A stretch of 64,000 nt of DNA from the human T2T-CHM13v2.0 reference genome, Homo sapiens (GCF_009914755.1 NC_060934.1), one strand, 5' to 3'. Counted from the stretch's first letter, positions 13,757-28,515 are shown. A program made the numbers and translations. The notes: a model not told the origin generated them from the sequence alone.

Positions 13757-15726
13757 ATGGCATACTACATGAAAGCCAGGCATGTTGAGACAGAGTAGTG
13801 TTAAAATTAAAAATAATTTATGCAATGCTAATCTAACACACATTTGAGGACATGAATACTTGCTACTATATTATATGGTGACCAGGAATTTGACAAGTAA
13901 TGCATTGTAATTATTCTTTTATTATTTAATCAAATATATTACACTTTCCTCTTTTCTCAATTAGTTCCCAGTAACTACATTACACATCAGTATTTATAAT
14001 TTTTGTTAGCAACACACATAGTTTAATACCTATTGAGATAAAAATTCCAGATGTAATTTTTCAGTAGGTAGGATTTCCTGTGAAGAACCTCCCTAGCCTA
14101 CCCCAATCTGTGGCCCATGGTTGAGGGTCCCTTCATTCTTTTCCTCCTTCCTTTTCTCAAGTACCCAGAATCTGGAGTTAGAAAACCTTGGTTCAATCCC
14201 TTCTTTAAAGTGGGTTTTAAAAAACCCAAATCTACAATATTTTCACAGGGTTGGTGTACTGATCACATAAGCAAAAATGCTGGGCACGGGACCTGTCATA
14301 TAAAAGCTATTCAATAACCAGATCTACTCTGTTCAGATTACTTAAGGGCCCAAGGCAGCAGAAACTTACACTGAAAGGCCATGGGATGGGATGGGCAGGG
14401 GAGCATCCCTCTGGAGGAGAGCATGCTATCCGCTGTAGAACTTGGAGTGAGGAAAGTGTAGAGCAGCAAGAACAGATGCTGGATTCCCAGCAGGTGTGAG
14501 GCAGAGGCAGGGATGGAGATGGCTGTGATTATGTTGTAAAAATTTGGAGTTTGAAAAGACCTTACTGGTCAGCTGGCCTAAAGCATGTAAGCTTGCTACA
14601 ATATCCCTTAGAAGTGATTTTCTGGCTTTGCTTGAACATATCCAGGGACAAGAATTCACTGTCATACACTACTAGGACTGCTTCACTGCATCACAGCTCT
14701 AATTGACGAAAAGCTCTTCTGACATGGTGCTGAAATCTGATCCCTGTTACTTCTTCTCAATGGCTAGCATTATATCTTCTTGAACCCAGAAATGGTCCAA
14801 TTGCTCCTTCATGTGATACATGGGAGATGAAATCCAGCAACCTTGGCTTAAGCAGTTTAGCCTATTCTTGTCCCCAGTTTTACCCTTACAAGCTGTATCC
14901 AATCATTCTCAGGTAATCTTGGGCTATTTCCGTGGGCTGTGAATTGGATTGGAGCGGGAGGAGATACAGGCATGGAAACCAATAAATAAAGTTATTTTAT
15001 CTCAATAGTGCTGGCAAGAAATGATCTGGGTCTAAATAAGGGAGGGAACAAGAAAAGTGAAAGCAAGCAGAGATGAAGGAAGAACAAATAAAGCTTCTGT
15101 AGAGGGTAAAAGAGAGGAAGGGAGTCACTGATGACCATCAACATATAAGAGAGATTGCCTTGGAGAACACTGTTGCCAAAGAGATGTAGGTTAGTCATAC
15201 AGGAATACAATTTGTTTAGAGAGATGAAAGATACTGTCTGACATATCAAAAATATACAGAATATCAAGAAAGAACTATATACCACGTAGCTGGGGATATA
15301 AGAAAGAGGTACAGAGAAAAGTTGAGACAAGAAATGTTGACGTGGGGGTCTTTTTCAGGTTGTAAGTAATGGCCAAAGCCATGGCTGCAGATGAACTCTT
15401 CAAGAGAATAAGGGAAATTAACAGAGATGTCAGAGACCCTTCAAAATGCTTCTAAAATATGGCCCTGGGCATTGCCTCTACCTTTGACCCAGCTAAGGAC
15501 CCCTTCCTCCTCTAGCCTGATGATCACAGCATCTTTTTAATAACTTCAGTCTGAGTCCAATTCACATTTGAATGTCAAAGGAATCCTCACATTATACTGA
15601 GAAGTTTCAGCAACTTTCATTTGCAAACTTAAACCCACATTTATATTGTACTATGGAAATATGAACTTTGGTCATCCAGAATTCAGTATCACTTTTAAGA
15701 GAGGGGATCATTTAACCATAGGGTAT

Positions 15727-16035
15727 GGCCAGGCGTGGTGGCTCAAGCCTGTAATCCCAGCACTTTGGGAGGCTGAGGCGGGCGGATCATGAGGTCAGGA
15801 GATCAAGACCATCCTGGCTAACATGGTGAAACCCCGTCTCTACTAAAAATACAATTAGCCGGGGCGTGGTGGGGGGCGCCTGTAGTCCCAGCTACTCCGG
15901 AGGCTGAGTCAGGAGAATGGCGTGAACCCGGGAGGCGGAGCTTGCAGTGAGCCGAGATTGTGCCACTGTACCCCAGCCTGGGCAACAGAGCAAGACTAGG
16001 TCTCAAAACAAAACAAAAACAAACAAACAAAGAAA
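15727..16035 (+). mobile_element. AluY-type SINE
   Basis: Y motifs (gagaatggcgtgaacccgggaggcggagcttgcagtgagccgag), a (CAAA)n tail, and TSD ccatagggtat. Confidence 0.93.
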
Positions 16036-18439
16036 AACCCATAGGGTATGAATTTATCAATGCCTAAACCTTTTTCTTAGATATGCTTGGACAACTAACT
16101 TACTGTACTTACCCATTGTAAATGTGAAGCTTCTAAGAAAACATTCAGCATCAACAATCCGTGGCTATTTGAAAGCTTCTTCCCAGTTACAGAGCTTTGG
16201 TTCACTGATGGTAGTTGCATGTGGTGATAGGTCCAATATAAATATATCATTTATATTTGGGCATGAAGGAGATGGAGTAGTCTGTGGTGACCATTTTATA
16301 AGAATAAATTGCTAAAAATGATGATAATGGTGATTTCTTTTTTTCTTTTTTCTTTTTTTTTTTTAAAAAAACCCTGGCTGAATGGTCTAGAATTACCTAG
16401 ACTGACACTTTTAGGTATATCATGGTCATCCTCCAAGCTCTCTTGAAATTCAGCATCACTTAAGATCATACCACAAGTCGTCGAGCTGTTCCACTAAAAA
16501 CCAAAGCCAAGAAAGGCTGTGTAGAAATAACCTTTCTGGGAACTATCACAAAGGCAATGAAGTTGAAACTTTTGTATTAATACATCATCAAAAGGTCTGT
16601 CTCACCCAATGCCAGCAATTCATTCCTACCTCTAGATTGGCAGGTCATATCAAGCATATCTCTGGGGAAGTGGCAAAGATAGCAGACTATACAAAGTAAA
16701 AGGAACCACTTATCAATGTATTCACCAACTCTCCTGTCCCCCTTAATTTTACATTTTAGTTCCAGTACAATAATCTTCATCTTATTTTATTTGGTGTTGC
16801 CCTTTATTTTTATTACAAAAGAACTAAATGCTCATTGTAGACGAATTAGAGAATGAACATGAACAAAATAGAAATAGGAAAATGGAAAATCACCTACAGT
16901 ATAATAAGCACAACACCTAGAGAAGCTCATTGCAACATTTTGCTGCATACTCTTCCAGTTTTTCATAGTAAATAAACATAAAATTTCCCCTAATTAGTTT
17001 TTTAATAAACCTGTATTCCAGATCCTATTCAACTAGCATTTAAACTTAAAATTGCTCCAAATGAGACATCCAAGCCCATCTCACAGGGATACTGTTAGCA
17101 AGATTACAGACTCCCAGTCAAAGCATCTTACTCTTATTTTAATTTCATTCTGGCCATTTAGAGGTCCTCTGCCAGGAGCAGAGCTCACCTCCTTCCTGTC
17201 TCTGTCAGCCAAGTTTTAACCCCATTCCCGTCCCACTGACCCCCTTCATCAGGCCCCTAGATTCAGTCTTCAGGATTGTACTACAATTAGCCACTTATGC
17301 CCATTAGGCTTTTAAAACATTTAATGAGGAGAGTTTGTTGGCTCCAGGGGCAGCTGGTTTTGTTTACCTGGCCCTTTACTTTAAAAAGAAAAACCTTTGC
17401 CCTTTATTATCTGACCCCTTCTTTTATTTCAGGTAATTGCATTAGTGCGGGCTTCCCAGTGCTCAGGAATTTCCGGACTTATTTTGCTCCCTGCTAGTTT
17501 CAAGGAGGAGGGGCAGCCTGCTCAGAATTCTAACACCCAGCCTGCTGACTGGGCAGGTAATTCCAGAAAATTGGAGCCTTCCCTACTGAAGGGGGAGAAG
17601 CTTGGATAATCATTAGAAAAACCCTGTTCACCTATAAAACCTATTCTGCCGCCTCGAAGCAAACACTGGAGAAAGGCTGATTTGAGTATTTAGGCTTTAT
17701 AAATTGCACTTGCCCCTCCTCCAAAGGCCCTCAGCCTGGGCTCCTGCTGAGCACTTGCCATTAAGCTTTTCTTCTGAGGCTACATTAGTTTTCATCTTCT
17801 TTGCAATGGGTCAACCTTCTTATCTTGTGTTTCAGAACTGCTTTGGGCAGGAACGCTTAGATGAAATGAACACTGTTACAAAAAAAGGTTCTACAGAATA
17901 CAGATGTTTCTTTGGCTTTCTTAAACCAGTTCAAATAATTCCATACAGGAATCATCTAACCTACTAAAGGGACATAGTTCAGTAAGAAAGAGTTTGTACT
18001 GTGGAAAAATGTTATAGAAAAATAGTACAGGTAAAGGTCAGAGTTGTGAGCAATACTAAAGGCAAATAATGTCTTTAATGAAAGAATGAGTGCCTGTATG
18101 ACTTAACCCATAATGAGCCAACCGAGGCTCAAGTGCCATGCCAAGGGCTCCATTTTCTTCATCTTCTTGCTCTCCTAACTCTTTGCACACTTTGGGTCCT
18201 GCGCCTCAAGCCCAGACCCTTTTCCCCATATATCCAGAGTTGTATGTGGAGAGGCACTGAGTGTGGGCAGAGGCTCAAATCATCTTGATCCTAGCGGTGT
18301 TAAGGAGAGGTGTACAGGAAGCTGGGAAAGGAAAGAGGTAGGGAAATCATATGCAGCTTCAGCCATTGGAGCAGGCTCTAGGGAGGGACCTCTAAAAATT
18401 TTCAGAATAGTAGCAGGTGATGGCACCAGAATTGTGGGC

Positions 18440-19072
18440 AGAAGTGGATCCATGTGCTTTTGGTCTGAAACTTAACACAAGTTGTGGGGCCCTCTTTAAG
18501 AGGAGGAAATCAAAAGTACAAAACAAGGCTGGGCACAGTGGCTCATGCCTGTGGTCTCAGCACTTTGGGAGACCAAAGTGGAAGGATCTCCTGAGGCCAA
18601 GAGTTTGAGACCAGCTTGGGCAACATAGCGAGACCCTCGTCTCTACAAAAAATAAAAAAATTAGCTGGGTGTAGTGGTACAGGAGGATCACTTGAGCCAC
18701 AGAATTCGAGGTTACAGTGAGCTATTATGGCACCAGTACTCAGCCTGGGTGACAGAACGAGACTCTCTAAAAAAAAAATTAGAAAGCATTTTTTAAACTA
18801 CAAAACACATAATAGATACAAAAGTAAGTATTTATATCAAATGACAAAATAAATCACAACAAACTCCCAGAAACTTAGAGAATCAAGTTCCTTTCTTCTG
18901 AGAGCTCTTCAAGCAATTTACTAGAAATGTTTACATAATGCTTCCTCATAGCAACCTGCCCCCATTCCCTTACCCCTTACCACCTAGAACATCCTACAAC
19001 TCTCAGCACTCATAGGAATCAATGCAAGAGAGGGGTCTGAAGCTTAATTCATTAGCTTCATGGTAAATCTAA
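18440..19072 (-). mobile_element. hAT-Tip100 (Zaphod/MER115-like) fragment, split by an AluJ
   Basis: Ends gaagcttaattcattagcttcatggtaaatct, the reverse of the Zaphod-type terminus seen at 2667. Confidence 0.45.
18527..18778 (+). mobile_element. AluJ with a deletion of about 30 nt in the right arm
   Basis: gtagtggtac|aggaggatca lacks the tgtagtcccagctact segment. Confidence 0.85.
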
Positions 19073-19994
19073 ATTGTGAGGCATTAATAACAGGAATGAT
19101 AGGGTCTATCTAAGTTGCCAGAACCCAACCATCTATGTGCAGTATTTTAAAAAACTCAGTGTTTGTAAATTGGGGGTTGCTTATACTGTTGCCACATCCT
19201 TCCCCTGGCCTCTTTTCATGTAATTGTCATTGTTCGTGGCAGAATAGCACAACTGAACTATAATTAAGTTAGTATATTACTAACTAGGAGAAAATAGAAA
19301 GGAGAAAGAGGAAGGGAGGAGTCTTACATATATTAAGTTCCTTCTTATTTGCTAGCTATTTTACATATAGTGTCATTTAATCTTCATGAACACTCTCTAT
19401 TTTGCAGATTAGAAACTACAGCTCACACGGTATTAGTAAGTAGGAAACCAGAGATCATATAGGTACTAAGTAACAGACACCAAAACCTTTTCCCTTTGTA
19501 CTTTGATCTGCCAAGTGTCCCAACAATACAGCACCATGCTTATTTCATTGGTCCTGTAATCAAGTAAAATTGTTTTTCAACTGCCTTTAGTCTTGCTTAC
19601 TTCAACCAAATCTAAACAATATTGAACTAAGTGCAAATTTCTCAAGAAAACAAAACAATTACCACAAAACCAACCCAAAACAGTAACAAAAGCAAAAACC
19701 GGGGTAGATAAGTAAAAGCATGGAGGTGGTAAAACTCTATTCTTTTCTTTGCAAAAAAGTTTTTCAAAGTGTTTTAGTAATTGTTATATAAAGAAAAAGG
19801 GGCTCCATGGTCAAATAAGTTTAGGAAATGCTGGGTTAAAACCAAATTCAGTAGTACTTCCTGTTTCAGCCATGATAGAACTGAACAGCAACCAATTCAG
19901 GCTGCGATTCTTGAGAGATGGTAGGGCACCTGAGGTGAACTTCAGATCCCATTCACCTGAGCTTGCTCCTGGGGACAGGGTAAAGATAGTTTAC

Positions 19995-20420
19995 TGACTA
20001 CCAAAATTTGAGCTTCCCTTCCATAGTGCTGAGCTGTTGCCAAGAAGCAGCTGCCCAGGCAGAACCTACATTTCTTTGCCCCTCTTACATGGTAGAGGCA
20101 GGGGAATGCCAAAACGATGTGAGCAGAAATAATGTGACACTTCAGGGCTAAAGTAGATGTAGGTGTTTTTCACTTTTGAGCAGAAATTAAGAAGCCATGT
20201 CTTCTTAGTAGTGTCTGTCCCCATTGCCAGCTGAATGGAAAAGTCTCTGAGGAAAAGCCACAAAATGGTAAATACCTGGGTCCTGGAATGGCCACATGTG
20301 AGGCCATCCCCAAGGTACATCAGCATTGGACTGTCACGTTAGTGAGAAGCAAACTTCTATTGCCAGGCCACTGAAATGTGGGGATTTAATTGTTAAAACA
20401 ATTTGTGTTATATTAACTAA
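19995..20420 (+). mobile_element. MLT1 (MLT1J-like) MaLR LTR
   Basis: gatgtgagcagaaataatgtgacacttc ... aagcaaacttctattg..gccactgaaatgtggggattt. Confidence 0.6.
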
Positions 20421-21801
20421 TATATGGGCATTCATTACAACAAAACACCTTTATACCAATCAATCTGTTTGACCAACAGTTCATAATAGAAGAGGTTTTC
20501 CTTTGAGAAGAAACTGTCCTTGTATGAAAATTAAAAAGATTAGCCTGGAGAACTTACTTACAATTCTAGTTTGAATTGATTGAGTGTCTACCAGTGATTG
20601 GTTGAATAATAACTTTCATTCTAATCCCATGCAAGAACAGTTGATGAGGGGAGATATTATTCTTATTTTTCTATATTTAGACATACTGAGCCTGGTGTAA
20701 AAACACAGTGACCAAGGTGATTACTAATGACCAAAAAGGACATGGAATCTAGAATGTTGGAAGGGAGGCCAGTTAATAAAGGTCACATATCAGTAGGAGG
20801 CAGCATTTTGATGACATAGAATATTCTCCATTAGGCTTCTAGCTACCTTAGTTTTCACTCAGGGACAGCCAATAGTTTGAGGTAGATTTATTGAGACATT
20901 CTCATTATTTGGTATCTCACTGAGGATATGAAATCACATGTCCTAACTTGCATGCATCACAAAAGCTAGAGGTTCAACTCTAGCCTGCATGATGTTTCTT
21001 ATGTCCAGACAACCCAACACACACATCAAACTGCTTTTCTACCTACACTCACCAACACCCTGTATATTTTAGTTCCTGTACCTAACTTTTACAGTCAGCA
21101 AATTCAATGTCATAGAGCTATACCTTCTTAAAGGATGCTCACTGTGGAGAATATTGCACTGAAAGGAAATCTTACCTCACTATGATTCTTTTTATGACAA
21201 TTGTCACTTCTCTGTTTAAAAAGAAAAGTTAGCTCTCACCATATAAAGCCTTTAAAGGCATTATTTACCATGATATATGTGTGTGCATACAAGCATGTGT
21301 GTAGATGTGTGTTAAAAGAAACAGAAAGAGATTGAGAGGGAGAGACAGTCAGTTCTATATGATGCAAATCACATCAGGACCAGGAAATAAAATTTAAGTT
21401 CCTTGAACTAGTGCTCAGAATATATAATATTTGAAACTGATAGATGACTCAGTTAAATTTATTCAGCTAATAGGAATTCTAATGTCATAATTCTAAGGTA
21501 AAATTTCACATGTCCCTCCGTAACAAAATGTTTCTTTACCATCCTTTCTTTTAAAAAATTTCAAGGAATTTTAAGAAACGGTACCCTAAAATATCGTATT
21601 TTTTTTCCCTCCAATCTCCTACAAATTCACTTTGGTTATCTAACCAAAAAGAGTCTGAGAATTAGGGAAATATCAGCATGTTATCTTCTTCTCTGTGATT
21701 GAGGAAAGATTTGGTTTGAACACAAAGAGAAAGAAAGATGACTGCTATCATTTTGAAGTCATGTTAAGTAGAAGGGTAGATCCCCTTTAAAGAACTAGTT
21801 C

Positions 21802-22235
<434 letters not shown>

Positions 22236-23042
22236 TAGACAATTAAAGTAGAAGCAAGTATATACACAGAACAAAAGGAAAATAGGGAATAGGAAGGTAA
22301 GAGCCAGATGAGGAAGGAAACACCAACATAGTGCATTGGGGATCTTTTGGTTCCCCCAAGCCAACTCATCGTCTCTGCCTCTGTTCTTTACATCTGTGTA
22401 TCCTACTAAGCCTCATGATTCAACAACCAGTCCCACATATACCCTTTCAGCCATCTGCTTTTTTCAATCACCAAGTCCCTAAAGTGACCTCCCATGATTC
22501 ACTAGCTTTATACCACCACTTGTCCAATCCTACCTTGGTCAGTGAAACACAACAGAGCAGTTTTTACCCCCTGCCCATTCCCAATCTCCCACTATCTAGC
22601 ACCTACTCCAAATCCCCTGAGTTCTGTCACTTGAGTGGCAAACCAAGGCTTAACCTCCACTTCCATTCTCCAGGCAGTGCAACCCTTCTTGGCAAAACTA
22701 CAAGGTCTACATGACTGGTCTTTGGAGACCTTCATCTGTTCAGCCTTCTCCACACAAAGCCTAGGCTTAATTAAATGGTATCTTGGCTAAAATGTGACAT
22801 GGACTCTTTCTCTCTTACCCAGTGGTTATTAATCCTGTCTGAATTTGCATTAACTAAGATAATAATTATTCAAACAAAATTTTTACCTACTAGATAGCAA
22901 TCTGGACAAGGAGCTAGGAGAGCTGGTTTTCCAATCATTAGTCTTGTCACCTTAAGCAAGTCACTTAGCTTCTTTTGTCTTCTTTCATCTACCTAGGTTT
23001 TTAAGCCTAGATCAAGGATGGCTAATAACTAATTGGATTCTA

Positions 23043-25699
23043 CCAGTTTTTGCCTCACATATTTTGACACTCTGTTGTTAGATGCATACATGTTTAGGAT
23101 AATTCTTGGAGAATTAATCTATATATCATTATGTAATGGTGCTCTTTATCCCTGTTAATTGTCCTTGTTCTGAGGTCTGCTTTGTCTGAAACATAGCTGC
23201 TTCAGCCATCCTTTGATTTGTGTGTGCATGGTGTACTTCTCTCTTTACTTTTAACCTATCTGAGTCTTTATGTTTAAATTGGGTTTATTGTAGGCAACAT
23301 ATGGTTAAGTTTGTTTTTATATCCTCCCTGACAATCTTTGTCTTTTAATTGGTATATTTAGGCTATTCACATTTAGAATGATGATTGATATAGTTAGGAT
23401 TAATATCTATTATGCTCTAAGTGTTTTCTATTCCTTGTATCTGTTTTTTTTTTAATCTCTTCTTTTTTTGTTTTCTCTGGTTTTAATTGAGCATTTTATA
23501 TAATTACATTTTATCTCCTCTCTTAGTATACTATTATATTTCTTTCTAAAACATTTTATGTGGTTGCCCTAGAATTTCCAATATACATTTTTAATGAATC
23601 TCGGTGTATCTTCAAATAACCCCATACTGCTTCATATGCAGTACAGGTAATAATAGAGTATCCTAAATTTATCCCACCCTTCATTTCTATCATTCATTTC
23701 CCTTATATATATGCTATAATAACCCAGTACATTGTGGCTATTATTACTTTAAACAGTTATCTTTTAGACAAATTAAAATAAGGAAAATAAAATTTTTATT
23801 TTACCTTCATTTATTCCTTCCCTGACACTCTTCCTTTCCTTTTGTAGACTTGCATTTCTGATCTATATCACATTCTTTCTACCTGAAAAGCTTCTATCAA
23901 TCTCTCATGCAGGGAAAGTCTGCTGGTGATAAATTCCCTCAGTTTTTGTTTGTCTGAGAAAGTCTTTATTTCTCTTTCACTTTTCATGGATAAAGAACTC
24001 TAGTTTTTTTTTTTTCAACATTTTAATGATTTCACTCCACTATTTTCATGCTTGCATTGTTTCTTATGATACTTCAGATCCTTGTTCACATTGCTTCATA
24101 TCAATGCACTTCATTGCCTTGTTCCTCTTTAGGTAAGGTATTGTTTTCCTATTGTTTTTCAAGATTTTCTCTTTTTTCTTTAGTTCTATAATATGCCTGG
24201 CTGTAGTTTTCTTGGAATTTATCCTGCTCAGTGTTCCCTGAGCTTCCTGGATCTGTGGTCTTACAGCTGTCATTAATTTCAGAAAGTTCTCTGCTATTAT
24301 TACTTCAACACTTGAATTACTTCAAGCCATTATTTTCCATTATTCTTCTGCTCTGTTTTCTCCTTCTTCTCCTTCTGCTATTCTAATTATGTGTACATTA
24401 CACATTTTGAAATTGTCGCACATTTCTTGGCTATTCTGTTGTTTTCATTCTTTTACCTTTCTGAATTTCAGTTTGGGCAATTTCTATTGACCTATCCTCA
24501 AGCTCACCAATTCTTTCATCAGCTGTATCCAGTCTACTGATGAGCCTACTAAAGGCATTCTTCATTTTTGTGACAATGTTTTTTATTTCTATCATTTCCT
24601 TTTGATTCCATTGTAGTTTCTATCTCTCTACTTATATTAACCATGTATTTTTGCATGTTGTCTACTTCCATTAGAGCACTTAATGTATTAATCATAGTTA
24701 AATTCTCCATCTAGTAATTCTAATAACTATGTCATATATAAGACTGGTTCTGATACTTTGTTCAGACTGTGTTTTTTCTTGCTTTTGGCTTACTTTCTAA
24801 TTTTTTTTGTTGAAAACTGACATGCTGAATTAGGTAATAGGAACTGAGGAAAAAGACCTTTGGCGTGAGGTTTTGGGCGAGGAGTTGGACTGTGTTTGCT
24901 ATATCAGTAGATGCCAGAGGCTTCAAAGCCCCCTAGTATCCTTGTTTATGCCTCTTTTCTTCACTTTAGGCTTTCCTAGTTACTCCTCTTCAGAGAGAAT
25001 TTGTGTCTGGTGAACTCTATCAGTTGTATTCACTGTTACTGTGCTGCTGGTGTGGCAGTAAGTTGTGGGAGAAGGGAAGTGTTCTGTAACTTTATGGTTA
25101 AATCTCAGTCTTTTAGTGGACCTGTGTCCCTGGGCTATGATCTTCACCTTTTTTTCCCAGTAGCATAGCTTTCCCCCTGTATGTAAGACGGAAAGGCTAG
25201 AGGGGGCTAGAGTGTGGGGAATGCCCTTTCTCATCTGGGATAAGGCTTGGAGAGTTGGCTTTTTTTTTTTATGGAAAATGCTATGGTCATATTTCACAAT
25301 GATTTACTCTCTCTCTCTGACACAGTTACTAGGAAATCTTTTTTGGATCCCACAAAAGTGTGGAGCCAAAGACTGCAGCTCCCAGGTTTTTAAGCTCAAA
25401 TTAGTTCATACGAATTCTCCAGCAATTCATGGGAATTACCACTTAAGTGCTGATACCAGCTTATGGCTTCAGCAGTTTCTGCTCTTATTAAGCAAATTTT
25501 GGTGGTAACTGTGGATTCACCTGTCTCTCCAGATTTCAGGGTGGTGTTTGTTCTGCAACATCAATTCTCTGATGCATTCAAGAAAAGTCATTGATTGTCA
25601 GTTTGTTTAGCTTTTGCTTGTATGAAATTTCAGCTTTTTCTTGTATAAATAGGAAGTAATAACTTCCTATTTTCATGTTTGAGGTGAAACCAGAAGTCC
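23043..25699 (-). mobile_element. Old L1M (L1MD-like) 5' portion: 5'UTR, ORF1 and start of ORF2, degraded
   Basis: ORF 24064..24273 (PQIQEAQGTLSRINSKKTTARHII) is L1 ORF1-like. An endonuclease-region remnant lies at 23043-23400. Confidence 0.8.
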
Positions 25700-26109
25700 A
25701 CTGATGGAATTCTCATCATGCATGTCAACACTGACCTTTTGCAGTTGTGCTGGGAAATACCCTTAATCTCCACTTTGTATTGTCAATTAGTAGGTTAATA
25801 TGATCAATTACTTTGGTCTGCCATGGTTATGAGTAAGGAATAAAGGCACATGTGATACACATGTGTCATTTTGATCAAGATGCTTTCTAAGGCCCTTTCC
25901 AGATCCAAGACTCAAGGTCTCCTCTTTGACACAGTGAAATGATACCATAGGGTGTCCCCTCAACACATATGAAGGTACTATATTTCAGTCAGTGAAACTG
26001 CATTGTGTAGAATGTTGTCCAACAGATGTGAACAGGATAAAATCCAACATGTGAGAAAAGCAAAACAAAATGACTTTCCTAAAGGTTTCACATTAGTTTC
26101 CTATTTGAG

Positions 26110-26411
<302 letters not shown>

Positions 26412-26774
26412 TTGAGTTTGATTTTCTACACTTTCATTTATACATGAGATTGATAAATCATTGCTGTTTTGCACTGTCCCTATGCATGCCTCTTCCTTAA
26501 TGTGGGTTGTGCTTCTATGCCTTTGAGAGAATAAGACAGACAAAGAGCATTTCTATTATACCAGATATCAGCATCCATGTCATCACATAATTGACTTTTT
26601 TATGAGGACCCACCATAAGAATTTATATCAAGGCTTAGTATCAGGAAAATGATGCTTCTCATGAAAACTTACTTTAATTTCTTACTTACAGACACTAGAT
26701 TTTGTTTTCCACTTTGCTTTGGCCATTATGAAACATAGAGTCAAACTTATACCCCATCTCTCACAAGAGAATAG

Positions 26775-27089
<315 letters not shown>

Positions 27090-27364
27090 TGATGGGCATT
27101 TTTTAGAGTACTAATTTTCTCATCACTTTATTGCTACTCTAACCCTATTTTCCATTTACTCTTCCTTCCTCAGTTTTTAAAAAATAATGTTGCTATTGGA
27201 CAGCAAAGTAACCAGAAGAGAGGTTGAGAGAAGCTGTGCAAAAAAAAAAAAAAAGCATTCAATAATTCCCAAACTATATACTTAGCCCTTATTTATACAA
27301 AGCAATGCAAAGACCTTCAGTTTCGTATCCTGCTTATGTTCCTTCCCTCTTTCCTCCAAAATCC

Positions 27365-27667
27365 TTTTTTTTTGTTTGTTTTGTTTTGTTACCACTCTGT
27401 TACCCAGGCTGGAGTGCAGTGGTGTGATCTCGGCTCACTGCAAACTCTACCTCCTGGTTCATGCAATTCTTGTGCTTCAACACCCCCCGCCCCAGTAGCT
27501 GGGATTATAGGTGCACGCCACCACGCCCAGATAATTTTTGTATTTTTAGTAGAGATGGGGTTTTACCATGTTGACTGGGCTGGTCTCGAACTCTTGACCT
27601 CAAACAATCTGCTTGCCTTGCTCTCCCAGAGTGCTGGGATTACAGGCGTGAGCCACCATGCCCGGCC
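27365..27667 (-). mobile_element. Alu (S/J) SINE
   Basis: Dimer with TSD-like aaatcctttt / aaatccattttt. Confidence 0.88.
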
Positions 27668-28209
27668 CCAAATCCATTTTTTATATTATAAGATATTGGG
27701 AAAGATTCAGTAAGCTCTGTTCTCTTATTAAGTTTAAAAACACTCTTTGTCAGATAAAATACTGTATTTGGTATAATACAGTTTAAGGTTGAATCACAAA
27801 GACATTAACTTTAGTTTGCTGTAAATAGATTTCCCTTTCTGATAATTCTTAGACATGTTTATGTTTTCCTGGGGCTGGAATTGACCATCTTAAGTGGCAC
27901 CAATAGTTGGTAAGGTTGAAAAATTAATATAATCAGGACTACCTGGTATTTTTAGGACATATTTTCTCAAAGATCACAGAGTACTTCGCAGATAACAAAC
28001 TTAAGGGATTTTTTGGAATGAGAACAGACGAAGTTTTGTTTTTTCTCTTCCTTCATAATGAAGAAGAAAGTCTGGGACTTCACTGCAGGGCACATTCCAT
28101 CAGAGTGTATATGGTTTGAGGGTGGGGAGGATCAGAAAAGTGGAGGCAGTTTTGGGGTTATAGGGTAAAGGATGGGCCTAAACGATACGATGAAGGACTA
28201 TCGCCATGC

Positions 28210-28515
28210 CCGGGGTACACAGACTTTTTCTGGAAAGGGCTAGATAACAAGTAATTTAGGCCTTGGGAGCTAGATGTTCCCTGTACTCAACTCTGCTATG
28301 GCTATATCAAAGCAATTTATAATTCATAAATGAATGAGCATAGCTGTGTTCTAAGAAAATTTTATTTGTGAATACTAGAATTTGAATTTCATATATTAAT
28401 AATTTTCACATCACAAGGTGTTATTTTTGTTTTTGTTTCAACCATTTGCAAAGACATAAAGCATGTTGTTAGGCCCACTGGCCATACAAAAACCCATGAT
28501 GGGCAGGATTGGTAA
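28210..28515 (+). mobile_element. MER58B-like hAT-Charlie MITE
   Basis: ggggt..agactttttctggaaagggctagata ... aaatgaatgagcatagctgtgttc..aaaattttattt. Confidence 0.7.

Noticed and set aside
16231-16262. AT-rich hairpin (ccaatataaat-atatc-atttatatttgg) as a miRNA precursor
   Set aside because: The stem is far too short and AT-rich for a pre-miRNA.
22331-22714. 127-aa + strand ORF
   Set aside because: Non-ATG start, low-complexity S/P/L/H composition and no recognisable domain.
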